This document shows, one piece after another, positions 26,873 to 40,345 of a stretch of 64,000 nt of DNA. The DNA is from Kondoa subrosea. Its lineage: Eukaryota. Below the pieces are notes generated by a model. It saw nothing but the letters and a program-made list of their open reading frames with translations, did not search any database and was not told the origin of the DNA. How positions within the stretch are numbered: the stretch's first letter is position 1; each line of letters begins with the position of its first letter. Both the position numbers and the translations under genes were made by a program. The stretch lies in the NCBI GenBank assembly GCA_039545335.1, contig BCIN01000001.1, positions 2,483,136 to 2,547,135 of the forward strand, read 5' to 3'.

Positions 26873-27224
26873 ATGCCTAGCTCTTCGAGACCTAAGAAGT
26901 CGAGCAAAACACCTCTAGAAAAGGCTCAGAAACAATGGATCAAGACTATTGATGGATACCTGCAACAGGTAAATTACAACGACACTCTTCAACACCTACA
27001 TCTGACCTTGAGTGTTCCATTAGCAAGCATCTTACGAACAAACGCTGGCGGAATCAGCTGCAGCCAAAGCGGCATATGAGAGGGATCTAGCTGCATGGAG
27101 AGCAGGTCAAGCGATCTACATTCAATCTGTTGAAGTGAGTTTCGCATTACATTTCGAGTTATACTCTACTGACTTGGATCGGCTAAAGGCATATCAGAGA
27201 GCGATAGCCAATTACGGACGATAA
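26873..27224 (+). CDS. Small hypothetical helical protein (3 exons)
   Basis: MPSSSRPKK..IDGYLQQ|QASYEQTLAE..IQSVE|AYQRAIANYGR* joined through GT-AG introns. Confidence 0.35.
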
Positions 27225-27506
27225 AGATACGTGTTCGGAGCGAATCAGTGGCACGATAGACCTGTACAGCGCATGACTTATTTACACCTACCTATAGTCT
27301 CTTGTTTCAAACCGTCAAAAGTCGTGTTTTCTTCTATATCTCTGCCCCGGATCTCAGAATACTACGTCTTTTGACACAGCTCTCGCTTTGCATCTGATAA
27401 TTCGCGCAAGACTCGCTCCTTTGTAACCTTTCAAATCACAAATACTTGCTCGAACCTTCTTGCAATTGGCTTTTCTGCAACAAGACTTCTCAAGTAGCCT
27501 TCAGCT

Positions 27507-30500
27507 ATGTCGCTATTAAAGCTTCCACCAGAATTGATTGACGATATCGTTCAATGGGTTGATAAAATCGCTTCAGAAGAGTCCTTGCGCCAGAATTTAC
27601 TTGATGATCCTGCTGACGGGCATGAGCACGGCAATGAAGAGCCTATAATGGAAGGATTGGATGGAGTAAGTCTGCTCGTTCAGCAGTGAAGAGGTCAAAT
27701 GCTGATTAATTCAAACGCAGCCTGATATCAATGGTCTTTTAGGCGGATTATTAGGTCAGATGTTTGGCGGAGGAGGAGGAGGAGGAGGAGATAATCATCT
27801 GCATGGCAATGCTCATGGAGGACCTCAACGTCCAGCTCAAAGAAATCGACCTGCAAACAATCGACCGGCTGTCAATGTTCAAGCAGTTCGCGTAGACGTT
27901 GGAGGAATACCAGCCAATCCTGCTGCACCTCGTCCTAATCAAGCCAATCAAGGCAACAACAACAATAATAACAACAATCCATTTGCATTCTTTGGAGTTC
28001 CAGCAAATGCGGGAAATGGGAATAACGCAAATCAAGCCAACGTTGCAATGCCACAGCCGGCTCAGCCTCAATTCGATGTCAATGCTTTTGCAGCCAATCT
28101 ACGTGCTGCTATCCCACGTTTGAACCCGGCCAACGCGAATACTAATGCCAATCCACAGAATGCCAATCCACCAGCAGCAACAAACGCCAACCAAGCTCCT
28201 GCACCACCTCCAGCTAACCGACCGCAAGCTAATGCTGCAAATGTAAATGGGAATGCCACCCAAGACAATGGTGGTTTCTTTGGCATGTTTCAACGTAATG
28301 TCGGAAGAGCGCAAAACATTATAGGTCAGAACGGCAACAATCCTTTCGCTGGAATGTTTCAACAACCTGCTCCTGCTCAAAATAGACCGCAAGTTCCTCA
28401 ACAGGTACCTGCTGTACCACCACTTGCACCCCATCCTATGAATCTGACGGATGACGGAAACAACATGGATTTGGATGATATGCCTCCTTTGGAACATGTG
28501 GATTCAAGTGATGGTGAAGAGTTGGGAGATGCAACTGCTGCGACTGCTGCTAGTCCAGGAAGAGCGGAATCTGGAGAAAGGAATCAGCAGCAAGGACGAG
28601 AAACAGTCGATAACTCTGATATGCCTGCTCTGACGGAAGTTTCGGATTCAGATGCAGACGATGATGATTGTAAGCCTTTGGATATGGAAGCGGTGTGCGC
28701 TGCTCACGCATTCGGATACTTTGCAGACGATGATGAAGATGAGGATGATGAGGATGGATCGTCAGAGAATTGGGAAACGGAAGATGAATCGGATGGTGCG
28801 GCTGAAGAATTGCGATTGAAGGAAGAAAGAGAAGCTGAAGAAGAAGCCGCTCGTACCAAAGCGTCTTTATGGAGAGAAGACTACCATGTACCTGAAGAGA
28901 CTTTCTCCTACCCTGAAGGTTTACCACGAGAAGTCGCTTTACCTTTGATGCTGGTCTCGAAACCTTTCCTTCACGCTGCTCGCAAAATTGTTTATGGTCA
29001 ACAAATGATTCATATAGACTCACCCTATCATCTTTCCCTACTGGTCAGGACTCTGGAAGAAAAGCAAGTGTCAGCTTTCGATGAAGAGGCGGAAGATGTA
29101 GAAATGGCAATGATTGGGTCAGCCATGCCTGATCATTCAGTCGGGACAATGATCAAGGGACTGGATCTTCACATCGGTAAGAAACTTTGCCATTGCGTAC
29201 GACGGATTGTTAGCTCATGCAATATCCTAGCATGTGGGCCACAAGCCGCCAGTCTGGGTCGAGGCGCAATGGGTCTCATTGTCAGAGCTTTGAAACGTAA
29301 GTCATTGCTCCGTTCAAAGATCTGAAGCTAATGTTGGAGCTGTAGAGTGTCGAAGACTGAAATCACTCAAGCTTCGAGCTAATGCGCTCAATTCGGTTTG
29401 GGAACCTTTGAGAGCAGCTCTCTCCGATCTGTCAGAATTGGAAGACATCAGTATGCGATCTGGAAAGGATCCCAAATACCCGCTAGTGCTATCAACTGAT
29501 CGAGTTGCGTCTTTGGCGAAAAGCTGGCCGAATTTACAAAGTTTGGACTTGTGCAGTCAGTACTCAGTGCTCTGATGTCGCATGACACTAACAGGTAGGA
29601 CAGGGCTCCAGCCTGCTGCTGCGGCTGGTTCTGTCTTCAACTTTGTCGAACCACTGGCTTGTCACTTGACCAGTGTCTCGCTTGTTCATCCTAAATGCAA
29701 AGCTTCGGAAATCGAAGCACTTCTGGCTGGCGTAAGTTTAAAAGCTGTTCATGATGGGCTGGCCTGATCAATGTCGTTAGGCGGTCGGGCATCTTGAGGT
29801 TTTCCGCTTATCGCATCCTTCAAGCGCTCTCACCCGTGGCGACTTGGCTTCTATGCTCAGCAAACACACTGACACTCTCCTCTCGCTCGAAATATCAATC
29901 ACTGCCGAATGGCATTCACGAGCTCGTGACTTACCACCTTCCTCCTCGCCCGAATCATCTGCATGGTTTCTTAATACCTTCATTTCGAAGTTCTCAAAGC
30001 TAGCTAGTCTGAATATGAGTGGACCGCTTGGCAATTCTGCACTGGTCAACTATTTGCCTGCATCGCTGGAAGTATTGATTTTCGGTCACTGTCCAGCTTT
30101 CGAGCCTCAGAAGTAAGAATTGTTGCATTCTCCTTTCTAGGCTGACAATGAATGTTCAGAGTCGCCAAATTACTCAATCTACCTACCAAGAATGGTAAAC
30201 TCAGAATACCAAAGCTTCGATGCGTTACTGTTGTTCACGATGATCTGCATTGGAGTCAAACGCATCGAGCTGCTCTTACTTCGGCTTTGGCTGTCAGAGG
30301 TGCTTGTTTCCATCAAACATCAATGAATGGCATGATGGGAATGGGTGGACCCTTGTTCGTCTTGTTCGCTCTGTCTTACATTCGTTATGCTGACTTGAGA
30401 ATAGCGAGCTCGATATGAACATGGCTGGCGGTGCTATTCCTGTGAACATGGGAGCAATGTTTGGCGTGAGTTATGAGCTGTCCAAGTTGTAAAAGACAAC

Positions 30501-30536
30501 TGATGGTTTCCATAGATGCCTTTTGGTGGTCCTTGA
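27507..30536 (+). CDS. F-box-like/LRR (RNI-like) protein with a long N/Q/A/P-rich and acidic insert
   Basis: MSLLKLPPELIDDIV (F-box start), LMLVSKPFLHAARKIVY (F-box end-like), followed by LxxLxL repeats in the 3' exons. Confidence 0.6.
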
Positions 30537-30692
30537 AATGCGAAGAAGGGCGTTCTTTCGCGTGTATACTAGACTACCCTAATTCAGACATGTTTAGCTA
30601 TCACATATGCGATCTGTCCTTACTCTGTCTTCACTTTGCCTCGCCCTTTCGAAATTTAGAGATGTTTTGACTTTCTTCGCTTACAGTCAAGC

Positions 30693-32956
30693 ATGTCTTC
30701 CTCGATGGTTCTCGACGACAGCAAGCCGTACCAGGTAGGTGACAACCTGCTGATACGCGTCTTTGATTGACACTGTCCTCAAGCTGTCATCGGACTGGCA
30801 AACAAGTTATGTTTTCGCATTTCTATGGAAGGTGAGCAAATTGCAGGCTACAAGTCGGTTGTATCGAGACTGTGTGTAGTTCTCCGACATGTCCACGTCT
30901 TGGGATTGGCCCTCAACATGCGCTGCTTTCGAAGATGCTTTGTCGCAAGAAAGTGCACCTGCTGACGATCATCTGGTACGATCTGTGTTCGCGCCAATAC
31001 AAGAAAAGGTCTCTGACATGGGTGCGTAGACGCAGGAGACTGTCAAAGACGATTGGAAGCCCTCGATTCAGCCAGTGCTTCATTGGTTTCACTTGACGAT
31101 ACATCCTTCTGCTACCGAAAAGTCAGCCAAAGACTGGGTACAGCAAGACTTTCCATGAGAATATATCGCTAGCTGATACTTCGTTTCAAGCTGCGCAAAT
31201 TCATTGAAGATAGACGACCAGAAAATACAGCGCTATGGCAATCAGACTTCTACAATCCTTTAGGGAACAAGCTTACAGGCGGTCAAGACTTTTGGTCTCT
31301 CAGCCTTCCCGATAGGGTGAGTTACAATCATCTCGGCATTGTTTATGCTTATGCTTAATGTTCTCATCAGGTCACACTTTTGCGTGTTCTGGTCGACCAT
31401 TGCTTGTGCTACGTGAATGCTGTACGCGAGGTGATAGCAGAACATTACAATTGTGAGTACGCACCGCTGCAGCTGTGCTGAAAATATTCATTCCTCTTGA
31501 TAGTGGTCAGCGGGCGTGTTGCGAAGAGGTAAGATCAGTCTACAGGGCTTGTTGAGAGGGACTTAGCTCTATCTAGGTTGTCGGAAGACAATGAATTGGT
31601 CATCGATTCTCTCGGACGAGACAAGAATAAGGCAACTTACTTCCATTTGGATGATTCGGCGCGTATCTACAGAGGAGGCAACCCTTACAGATTAAATAGC
31701 TCATGGGGTCAGCATCAATCTTCTTCTATCTCTGACATTCTCAACCCTCAATTACAGAGGCTGTGTCTACTGTAGAAGCTGATTTGAAAGATTTGCCTGA
31801 AGAAATTGCTGCCACCCAACCTAAATCTTCCACTTCTGGTTCACCTGGCAAAACACCTGGACAAAAGAAGCTCCCTAATGCTGAAGAAAACGTCTTGATC
31901 AAGACCATTAAGAGGAAAGGTTTGCTTTCTCGGTCCAATGCGTTTCCAGATTTTGACCTATATGACGCTCCAGTCATCAAGAATATTTCAAAGTCTGACG
32001 AACGCTTGGCTGAATTAGCGCAAGAGCGGAAAGAAGTGTATGAAGCCTTGCTGCAAAAGAAACAGCAGGAAAAGGAGCGAGAAGAAAGGAAAAGAGAAGA
32101 AGAGCGTATCGCCGCTTTGCCTGTGGAAGAACCAGTCTTTATACCTCGAGAAAGCCTCGGAAGAAGAGCTGCTGCCAAACGTGTTGATTACAAGGCCATT
32201 GAAGATGGAGCTGACGCTTATGCGAGAGGTCATCATAGCGAGTAAGTCTCACTTGAATCCAAACTGACCTTCGCTCACAAAGGATGGCTAGCTATGAGAC
32301 TCGTCGATCCAAGCGAATCAAGACTATGGGTGATGAAGATTTTGAACTGGAAGCAGCTGAAGAAACTATTTCGTAGGTTCTGCTTATTGGCGTGCGGGAG
32401 CACATTTCTTATGTCACATGTAGACGTCGTTCAACGCGTACCTCTGGCGCCCGGAATGCGACCGCACCTGCAGTTGGATCTAGAAGTTCTCGACGTTTAC
32501 GAGGCAACGAAGAAGCGGATCCTGTAGCCGAAGTTGAGGCCTACGAAGCTGCTCAACGCGCTGGCGCAGCAGATCGTGGTCTTACTGTGCGACAGTATGC
32601 ACCTAGGCTGCCAGATGGGGCAAACAAGAAAGATTATGATCTGAACGCAGAGGAAGATGTAAGTCTGCTTTCTGTTTGATCGGAAGCGATGCTTATACAC
32701 ATCTCAACAGTACACCATCTTTTCCAAAGGTCGCGAGAAGATAATAAAGGGACGATTGACCGCTCAAGCTGAAATTGCGGCTCAGGAACAAGAGAATGAG
32801 AACGAGTCTGGTAACGCAAGCGAAGAAGCAGATGCCTCGAAACTCACTAGCACTGTTCCAAGCTACGCAGATCGTTCGTCTTCTGAAAGAGATGAAGAGT
32901 CTCGCGCTCCATCAGCTATGTCGGAAGGCGACAACATGGATATGGAAGAAGATTAG
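30693..32956 (+). CDS. DDT/WHIM-motif chromatin protein (ISWI accessory, Ioc3/RSF1-like)
   Basis: Spliced WQTSYVFAFLWKF (DDT-like), LSLPDR|VTLLRVLVDHCL (WHIM1-like), SLGRDKNKATYFHLDDSARIYR (WHIM2/3-like), charged tail. Confidence 0.55.
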
Positions 32957-33090
32957 GTTACAGCAGAGTCCACACTGTGTGTTTCGTTTGTGAATGTATT
33001 TCCACTAGTTTGCCCCATTACTTGCACTGCCTGCCTGCCCACTCGATAAGTTTTGATAGCGCTTATCTTTTGACATCCAATCTCCTCAAC

Positions 33091-34944
33091 ATGACTTCAA
33101 TTGAGATGGTTTCCGCACCGCACCTGCATACAGCAGATCCAGAGCACACAGCTGCAACATCTGCTGTGCATTTGCCAGATCCACTCAACCTCAGAGCTCG
33201 AATGGTTGAGGCGAATTATTTAGAGAACGCTTCCAAGCTCTTCAAGTTCTCTCGTCAGCGCAAGCAGTATACTAAACTGCAGCAATTCTACGACGATCAA
33301 GCATGTCGCTTTGTTCTTATGCGGGAATTGCAAAACTTATAAAAGGCTGTGCAGAATGAACACATCTCGAATCTCCTCAAGCCTATGCAGGATCACACAG
33401 CAGAAGCCAATGCAGCGGAAGATGCTGCCCGTCTCAAAGTGGTCCGGTCACCTTCTAGCAAGCGAGATGACAAGCTGCTTACTAATACCCCTATTACAGA
33501 AAATTGCTGTATGGGGTTCCTTTGTTTGCAATCTCGCTCTAGCTGGTCTTCAGCTCTACGCTGCTATCTCTTCTGTTTGCTCCTACCGCTTTCATATGCA
33601 TGATTCCTGCTCACATATTATCAGCTCTCCCTTTCATTCTTCGCTACAGCTGCCGATAGCGTCTTTGATCCTTTTGCAAGCTTCATGTTGGGTCGGTGGA
33701 TCTATAATAGTGGTTTTCAAAGTACTCATGACAAAGAACAGCCTATGTTCACCGACGAGCGAAAAAGCTCGACCACGATAAATGGCCAACAGGCGGATCG
33801 AGGCTAGAGACAGTCGCAAACAGTGCGTATCTGGTATCGTGACTTATCGTTGAAGTCTGAAGTGTCCATCCAGTCTGTTATAGTTTCCTCATGATCATAG
33901 TCAATATGATTCTGGTATGTGTTCAGCGCGTTAATTACAAGTGCTATTCTGATCTAATAACAAACAGATTGTCGAGTCAATCCGAAGCATAGCAGAAGGC
34001 AATCCAAACGAAAAATACGCCTTAAATGTGCCCGCTATTATTTCCGTCTCGATTGCATTGGCAACAAAGCTGGCTCTATTCTGCTATTGCTGGACACTGA
34101 AGAGCGGGAGTCCTCAAGTTCAGATTCTGTGGGAAGATCATAGGAACGATTTGCCTGTATGTGCACATTGCGACAAGGTGAATGCATGTTGACAGTATTA
34201 CAACACAGGTCAACAGTTTCGGTATATTGACGAACGCTGGAGGTGCTCGGTTGAGATGGTGGATCGATCCTATGGGAGCTAGTGAGTTTTCGTCATTTCC
34301 ATACAAATAGGCAAGCTAAGATATTTTGCAGTGATAATTGCGACTGGTGTCATTATTTCATGGACGATTACTGGCTATTGTGAGTGGATCCTAATATTGA
34401 TGAAGCTAATGCTGATGCCCTTTAGCCGAATTCGCTCTATTAATTGGCAAAACTGCCGAACCTGATTTCTTGCAATTCATCAGTGCGTCCTTAATCTATG
34501 CATAGAGTACTAGCTGATAATATACGGGCAGTCTACAAGGCAATGACTTTCAGTGATGAGATCAAAGCCATCGATTCCTGCAAAGCATACTCTTCAGGCC
34601 CGGTAAGCTTCTCAAGCTGTCTATGTTGGACAGGTCCCTGATTTCAATGTGAAGGATCTCTACGTCGAATTAGACATCGTTATGGCACCCGAAACCTTGT
34701 TGCGAGATGCTCATGACCTGAGTCAAGCGTTGCAAGATCAGCTTGAAGCGCTTCCTGGTGGTAAGTCTCATCTATTTCTAGCAACTTGCACTTGTTAAAT
34801 AGTGCGTGCAAATACAGTTGCAAGGGTATTTGTTCGTGAGTATTCTGTCCTGCGCAACTTCGCTTTGCTCACGATAAATGGCTTCTTCTTACAGACGTTG
34901 ATCACGAAGTGGATCATGCTCCGGAGCATCGTAAAGAGAGGTGA
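33091..34944 (+). CDS. Cation diffusion facilitator (Mn-CDF/MTP-like) metal transporter
   Basis: KLQQFYDDQ, SFVCNLALAGLQLYAA, WEDHRND, WWIDPMGA, C-terminal DHEVDHAPEH. Confidence 0.85.
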
Positions 34945-35023
34945 TCAATGCAGCTGTCAGCTACCCCTTTGTAACATTAGAATTCAGAATTAGCATGACG
35001 CGGTTCTTCCAAAACTGCCAGAC

Positions 35024-36804
35024 ATGTCCTCTTCCAACTTTCAGACCACAGTACGCTCCAAGGAGCTGTTCCGAATCTCGCTGAGACCCGCTATTAGATC
35101 TCGCCTATCGACTCTAAGCCTGTCACAACACGAGAATATCAAAGTGATGAACAAGTGAATCAAGCTGTGCAAAGAGCCAAGGATGCCTTCAAGTCTTGGG
35201 TACATAGTCTTACCATTCCGCTGGCCATGTCACCTGACACAGAATGCAGCGCTCGACTTCCTTGAATGACAGGATTGCTATAGTCAACAAGTTCCTCACA
35301 GCGTTCGAGGGCGAGAAAGATTCCATAGGCAAAGAGATTACCGAGGAGATGGGTAGACCTATCAGATATGGAGCTGGCGAAGTCTCTGGTTTCCTTGAAA
35401 GAGCTCACTACATGGTTTCTGTCGCAAAGAAGTCTTTGGCAGATATAAGCCTGCAAGACACTGATAAGCCTGGTTTCAAGCGATTCATCCGTAAAGAACC
35501 GCTTGGTGTAGTCTTTATCATTTCTCCTTGGAACGTAAGGTTTCCACTCATTGAACTGCTCTCCAAATCGATTGACTTTGTGCTACAGTTCCCTTGTAGG
35601 CAACTTCGGCGCACGCTGTGGCCAACTTTCTAAAGCATACATGACAGATCTCACTCAAGTCAACTCCATTATCCCAGCGCTGTTGGCAGGTAATACTCTT
35701 CTGGTCAAACCTTCTCCTCAAACACCTAGCTCTTCGGAGCGTATCGGACGACTGCTGCAAGCATCCGGTCTACCTAAAGACGTCTTTCAAGTTCTTCATC
35801 TCTCTTTAGCGCAAAACGATATGGTCGTAGCAGACAAACGAATCGCTTTCGTTTCCTTCACAGGATCAGTAGCCAATGGGGCTCGAGTAGAGTCCTGTGC
35901 TCGAGGGATCGGTGGAGCTGGCTTCAAACGTGTTGGGTTGGAATTGGGTGGGAAAGATGCAGCTTACGTTCGCGAAGATGCAGACCCAAAATTCGCAGCT
36001 GGCGAAATCGCTGATGGTGGATTCTTTAATTCTGGTCAAAGCTGTTGCGCGGTTGAAAGAGTCTATGTGCATGAGAAAGTCTACGATGCTTTCATTGAAG
36101 AGATCAAAAATGCTGTTAGTGCGCTCAAGTTGGGTGATCCGAGGGAACAAGACACTACTCTTGGACCTGTCGTATCAGTAAATTCGGCGAAGACAATTCG
36201 GTCACATGGAGAAGACGCTCGTGAGCTGACACCTCTTTGATGAATTCGGCTATTTATAAATTATGGTTCTAGTCAAGAAAGGTGCAAAGGCTTTGATCGA
36301 CGAGAGCAAATTCAGCGCATCGAAAGAAGGCACAACTTATGTTGCACCTCAGGTCTACGTTAATGTGAATCATGATATGCTCGTAATGAACGAGGAGACC
36401 TTGTGAGTGTAACTTAACCGACCGTGGATTAGCTCTTGGACTGAAATGTTGTTTTCAGCGGACCACTACTCGGCGTGATGAAGGTGAAATCCGACGAAGA
36501 AGCTATTCAACTGATCAATGATTCGAAATACGGCCTCACATGTTCTATTTGGACCAATGATGACAGCAAGTTTGCTGAGGTCGTGCCAGACATAGAGGCA
36601 GGTACAGTTTTCCAGAACAGGTCAGTCCAACCACAAGGTGACTCTTTCAACCCTTCCTTACACGAGTTGTGCAGATGCGACTACTTGGATCCTGCTTTGG
36701 CGTGGACCGGAGTGAAAGACAGCGGCAGAGGTGTTTCGCTCAGCGCGTATGGATACGATGCAGTGACACAGCTCAAGAGTATTCACATCAAGACAGTGTC
36801 CTGA
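35024..36804 (+). CDS. NAD(P)-dependent aldehyde dehydrogenase
   Basis: EPLGVVFIISPWN, SFTGS, LELGGKD, FFNSGQSCCA, NDSKYGLT, WTGVKDSG. Confidence 0.93.
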
Positions 36805-36926
36805 GAGGGATGATGCACGCACTATAGAGCTAGATATCATAGACCTAGAAGCATTGCATTCACATTCGCCGGATGTTCTTGAATATTGATGCATTAATGC
36901 ATCTTGCCTAGACACCAAACCTTCGA

Positions 36927-38033
36927 ATGCAATGCTTCAAGCGCTTGACCCGGAACCCATCAATATCAGCCTGTCGTAGTTTCACGAGCTTCCCTTCATT
37001 TGCGAAAGACCCTCAGATTTTGTTCGAGGATGCGAAAACAATTTGCATTCATAAACCTGCTGGCGTGGCTATTCAAGGACTGGCAAACAGCGCTGCTCAC
37101 TTAGCTTGGCTCGATCTTCTCTCTCGCGCGTCTTTCTGCCTTGCTTGTCTATGTTCCGGCTCATAAAGTATGCAGAGCTAAAGTCTTGTGCTTCTTGCGT
37201 CGCGCTATTTCCCGTTCATCGCCTTGATACTGTGCTTCATTTGCTCCAAGGCTTTCAAAAACCCTGCCTGATCAAAACGTACAGGGTGTTTCTGGGCCAC
37301 TCCTGCTTGCGAAATCAAAAGCCCAAGCTAGAGTTTTGTCGACGCAATTCAATTCGCAGAGTATCGTCAAGCAGTATCATGCTATTGTCTATCATGAAGC
37401 AGAGCCTACGACACCAAAAGGCCGACTGGAACATTGGATCAAACAGACATCGGGAGGTGTTGTGTCCAGCCAAAGTTTGCTGCCAGCATCCCTTCAGCTT
37501 AAGCTGAGCGCCCATAAACAGTCTCTGTCGATGTCTCGTATAAGCGAGCCATTACCGACTGGAACATCAAGGCGTCCGAGGTAGTTTCATGACTTGCTCG
37601 AGAATTAATTTACTGATCTTTCTCCCAGAAAGGCTACAGTCTGGTCGAGCTCTCTCCTCGAACCGGACGTAAACATCAGCTTCGACTTGCATGCAGAGAT
37701 TTGCAGAGTATGGATTACCCTTACTGCAATCTTTTCAAGTCATTAATGCTTTACTATCGCAGTGCCTATTCTCTTTGATTACAAGTATGCTGGTCGATGC
37801 GAGCGAATCTTCCGCTATCTGGAACAGCAGGGAGCTTTAAGGATTGACGGAAGAATCATGTTGCATTGTTCAGCGATTTCATTTTGGGTTCGTGCTCTTT
37901 CTCTACAAGACTGGGAGCTAACTTGAAGTGAAAGCAATGGGACAAGACTGGAAAACGCTATTCCATCCATATTCAAGATCCTTTCCCACCTGACTTCACC
38001 GCTCAGCTCAACAACATGTCATTGACAAGGTAA
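36927..38033 (+). CDS. RluA-family pseudouridine synthase, probably mitochondrial (Pus5-like)
   Basis: HKPAGVAIQG, catalytic FPVHRLD, PRTGRKHQLRLAC, MLHC; basic presequence-like N-terminus. Confidence 0.8.
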
Positions 38034-38720
38034 TTACGTCAACAAGCAGTTTCGCTGCAAATTCAGGACTGGCTCGACTGTCCAGCTTTAATACAGTTCA
38101 GTGACGGGGTCTTCGGTAATTCGAGCCATCAGAAATTCGGCCATTTTCAAGCCTCCCGACTCATGCTGAGAAAGGAAGTTTATCCTCGGTCTACCATTTT
38201 TATGGCTCTGTCTGCACCAAGAACGCGCCTTTCCGACCATCGCAAGTGTACAGAATGCCAGCAATCTGCATAAAGCTCGGAGGAATGTCGGTCTTCGATT
38301 ATTTGGCGGAATTTCGTCAGCAAATTGGTTCGCGTTGAAAAGATCAAATCGTCCTGCTAGCTGCTTGTCGCCTCGGTATTCAGCACAGATACGCGTCAAA
38401 GAATTCTTGCCATACAAGTTTGGCGCATTCCATACGCGGCGAGCAAGATGCCTGTGCCTGCCATCTTTGTTGCCTTTTTCGACGAAAGTTCAGCTTGCTT
38501 TAACTACTAGCCATCGAATAAGCCTCTTTGTTAAATTCCGTCGCAAACATGTCCTGCCAGTTGCGGCTCTTGCAGTCTTCTTCTCAATCCATTCCCAAAA
38601 CCGCTCATTCAATATCCATCGCATCCGGATTGTGCCTCAGTTCTTGCAACATCATAGCACACATACAGTAAGCTGCTTTGTCATTGATGGCAGAGCCAAG
38701 CTAAATGTAGCTACGCAGCA

Positions 38721-40115
38721 ATGGATCAATCGCTTTATGATGCTCTCAACGAGTTCACAAATCCTCAATTCGTTGCTATTCAAGGAGTGAATCCACTACT
38801 CGAGAACACTCAATATGATGACATCTACAATTATCCTCAAGATAAGGCCTCGGACTACCACTTCGGTCATATGGCCAACCATTCAATGCAACCAATGCAA
38901 CGCCCAGCAGGCCCAGCTCCGCTAATCTTACCTTCTCCTGGCAGCTCTCCTGTGCCATCTCTTGCATCCACGCCTTCGGTCTCAACTTCTTCTTCTGCTC
39001 CTTCATCCGCCGAAGAAGTTCCGCTGCTGTCACCAACTTATTCTTCCACCTCAAGCTACAGCAGTCCTACCCGATCTTATCCAGGCCCAAGCCCTTCTTA
39101 TAATCCAAGCTTCTTTGCTGCAATGCAAGATGAGTATTTGGCTCAAGAACATTATCAACCACGGATGCAACGCAAAGCATCCATGCCTTCGTTCCACTCT
39201 CAGCATTTGGCTGTTGCCCACCAGGCTGGACTTCGTCGAGCTTCCTCCGCATTGTCTATGCATCACCCATCCCCTTCCAGATCATCGCATCGCTCTCAAG
39301 TTGCTCTTGCGCCTCATTATCACAATGTGCATCAAGCTTCGCACTTTTCTCGCCATCACACACAGCCCCTTCCTGTTTCCTCTAGACAGCAATTGCTTCC
39401 AGCCTCGCCTTTGCAATTTCGCTCTCAATCATACCTTTCTCCATTGCCATCACCCGGTCTCAGCTCTTCCATGTCTCACATGAACATTGCAGGAGTCAGC
39501 CTTGGCTTGGACGATCTAGAATTACTGGAGCAACTCAGTCCTGGAGCATCTCCGCCGACTGCTTCACCCATGCCTATGCCCATGTCAGCTCCCGCTTGGC
39601 AGGTCTCTTTCAACTTGCCCGAAGGTTCATCATCAAGCTCAAACAACTACACCTATCAGCCAAGTCAGCCTTTCTATGGCGACAGCAGTTTCAATCCTTT
39701 TACGCCGGCTCCTCATCAAACCTATCCTGGCGTTCAAGGCGATTCTGGACTTCGATCGGTGCCGGTCTTACAGGAAGATGCCATCCCAGACTACTTTTCT
39801 AGCCCTCTTGCTCGAAGACGTCGTGGTTCTTCGATTGATTCGGTGGTTAACCAGGCTCTACCTCAGAATGGAGCTCCGTTCGCATACACGCACTTATCTC
39901 AAGCTCCTCCACCTCGCAAGATCAAAGCACTCAAAAAGCCATCAGCTAGTCGAAGCTTCTCCGCACCTCCACCACCGCCTTCAGCTCAATTCGTCAACTT
40001 TACCTCTGCGGATTCGAGGAAGATTTTGACTGGCGTTGCACCTAGTGGTTCGAGCAAAAGGAAGAGAGAAGAAGCGCAGGAGAAGGCAGGGAAAAGAAGA
40101 GTCGCATCAGCTTGA
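38721..40115 (+). CDS. S/P-rich protein with C-terminal WetA/ESC1-type motif; putative transcription regulator
   Basis: QFVNFTSADSRKILTGVAPSGSSKRKR resembles the conserved WetA C-terminal motif FVNFT..D..K(I/L)LTGVAPSGSSK. Confidence 0.7.
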   Translation: MDQSLYDALNEFTNPQFVAIQGVNPLLENTQYDDIYNYPQDKASDYHFGHMANHSMQPMQRPAGPAPLILPSPGSSPVPSLASTPSVSTSSSAPSSAEEVPLLSPTYSSTSSYSSPTRSYPGPSPSYNPSFFAAMQDEYLAQEHYQPRMQRKASMPSFHSQHLAVAHQAGLRRASSALSMHHPSPSRSSHRSQVALAPHYHNVHQASHFSRHHTQPLPVSSRQQLLPASPLQFRSQSYLSPLPSPGLSSSMSHMNIAGVSLGLDDLELLEQLSPGASPPTASPMPMPMSAPAWQVSFNLPEGSSSSSNNYTYQPSQPFYGDSSFNPFTPAPHQTYPGVQGDSGLRSVPVLQEDAIPDYFSSPLARRRRGSSIDSVVNQALPQNGAPFAYTHLSQAPPPRKIKALKKPSASRSFSAPPPPPSAQFVNFTSADSRKILTGVAPSGSSKRKREEAQEKAGKRRVASA

Positions 40116-40345
40116 GAACCTTTGGTCATCGTTTTTAGTATACTGGTTTGCAGGGATTTGTAACTTATTTGGGTTGTTGTGCTGTACATGGTGTATCGTT
40201 TAATTTATTCATTGTCATATATATATCTTACACTCTCATCCAATTGTGCTTTGACTTCTTCCTTTGTTCACTCCTTGTTCTCCTGTCTCGAATTGCTTCC
40301 CTCGCTTCTCAACCTTGCCCATGTCTCCAAGTTATATCAATAAAC

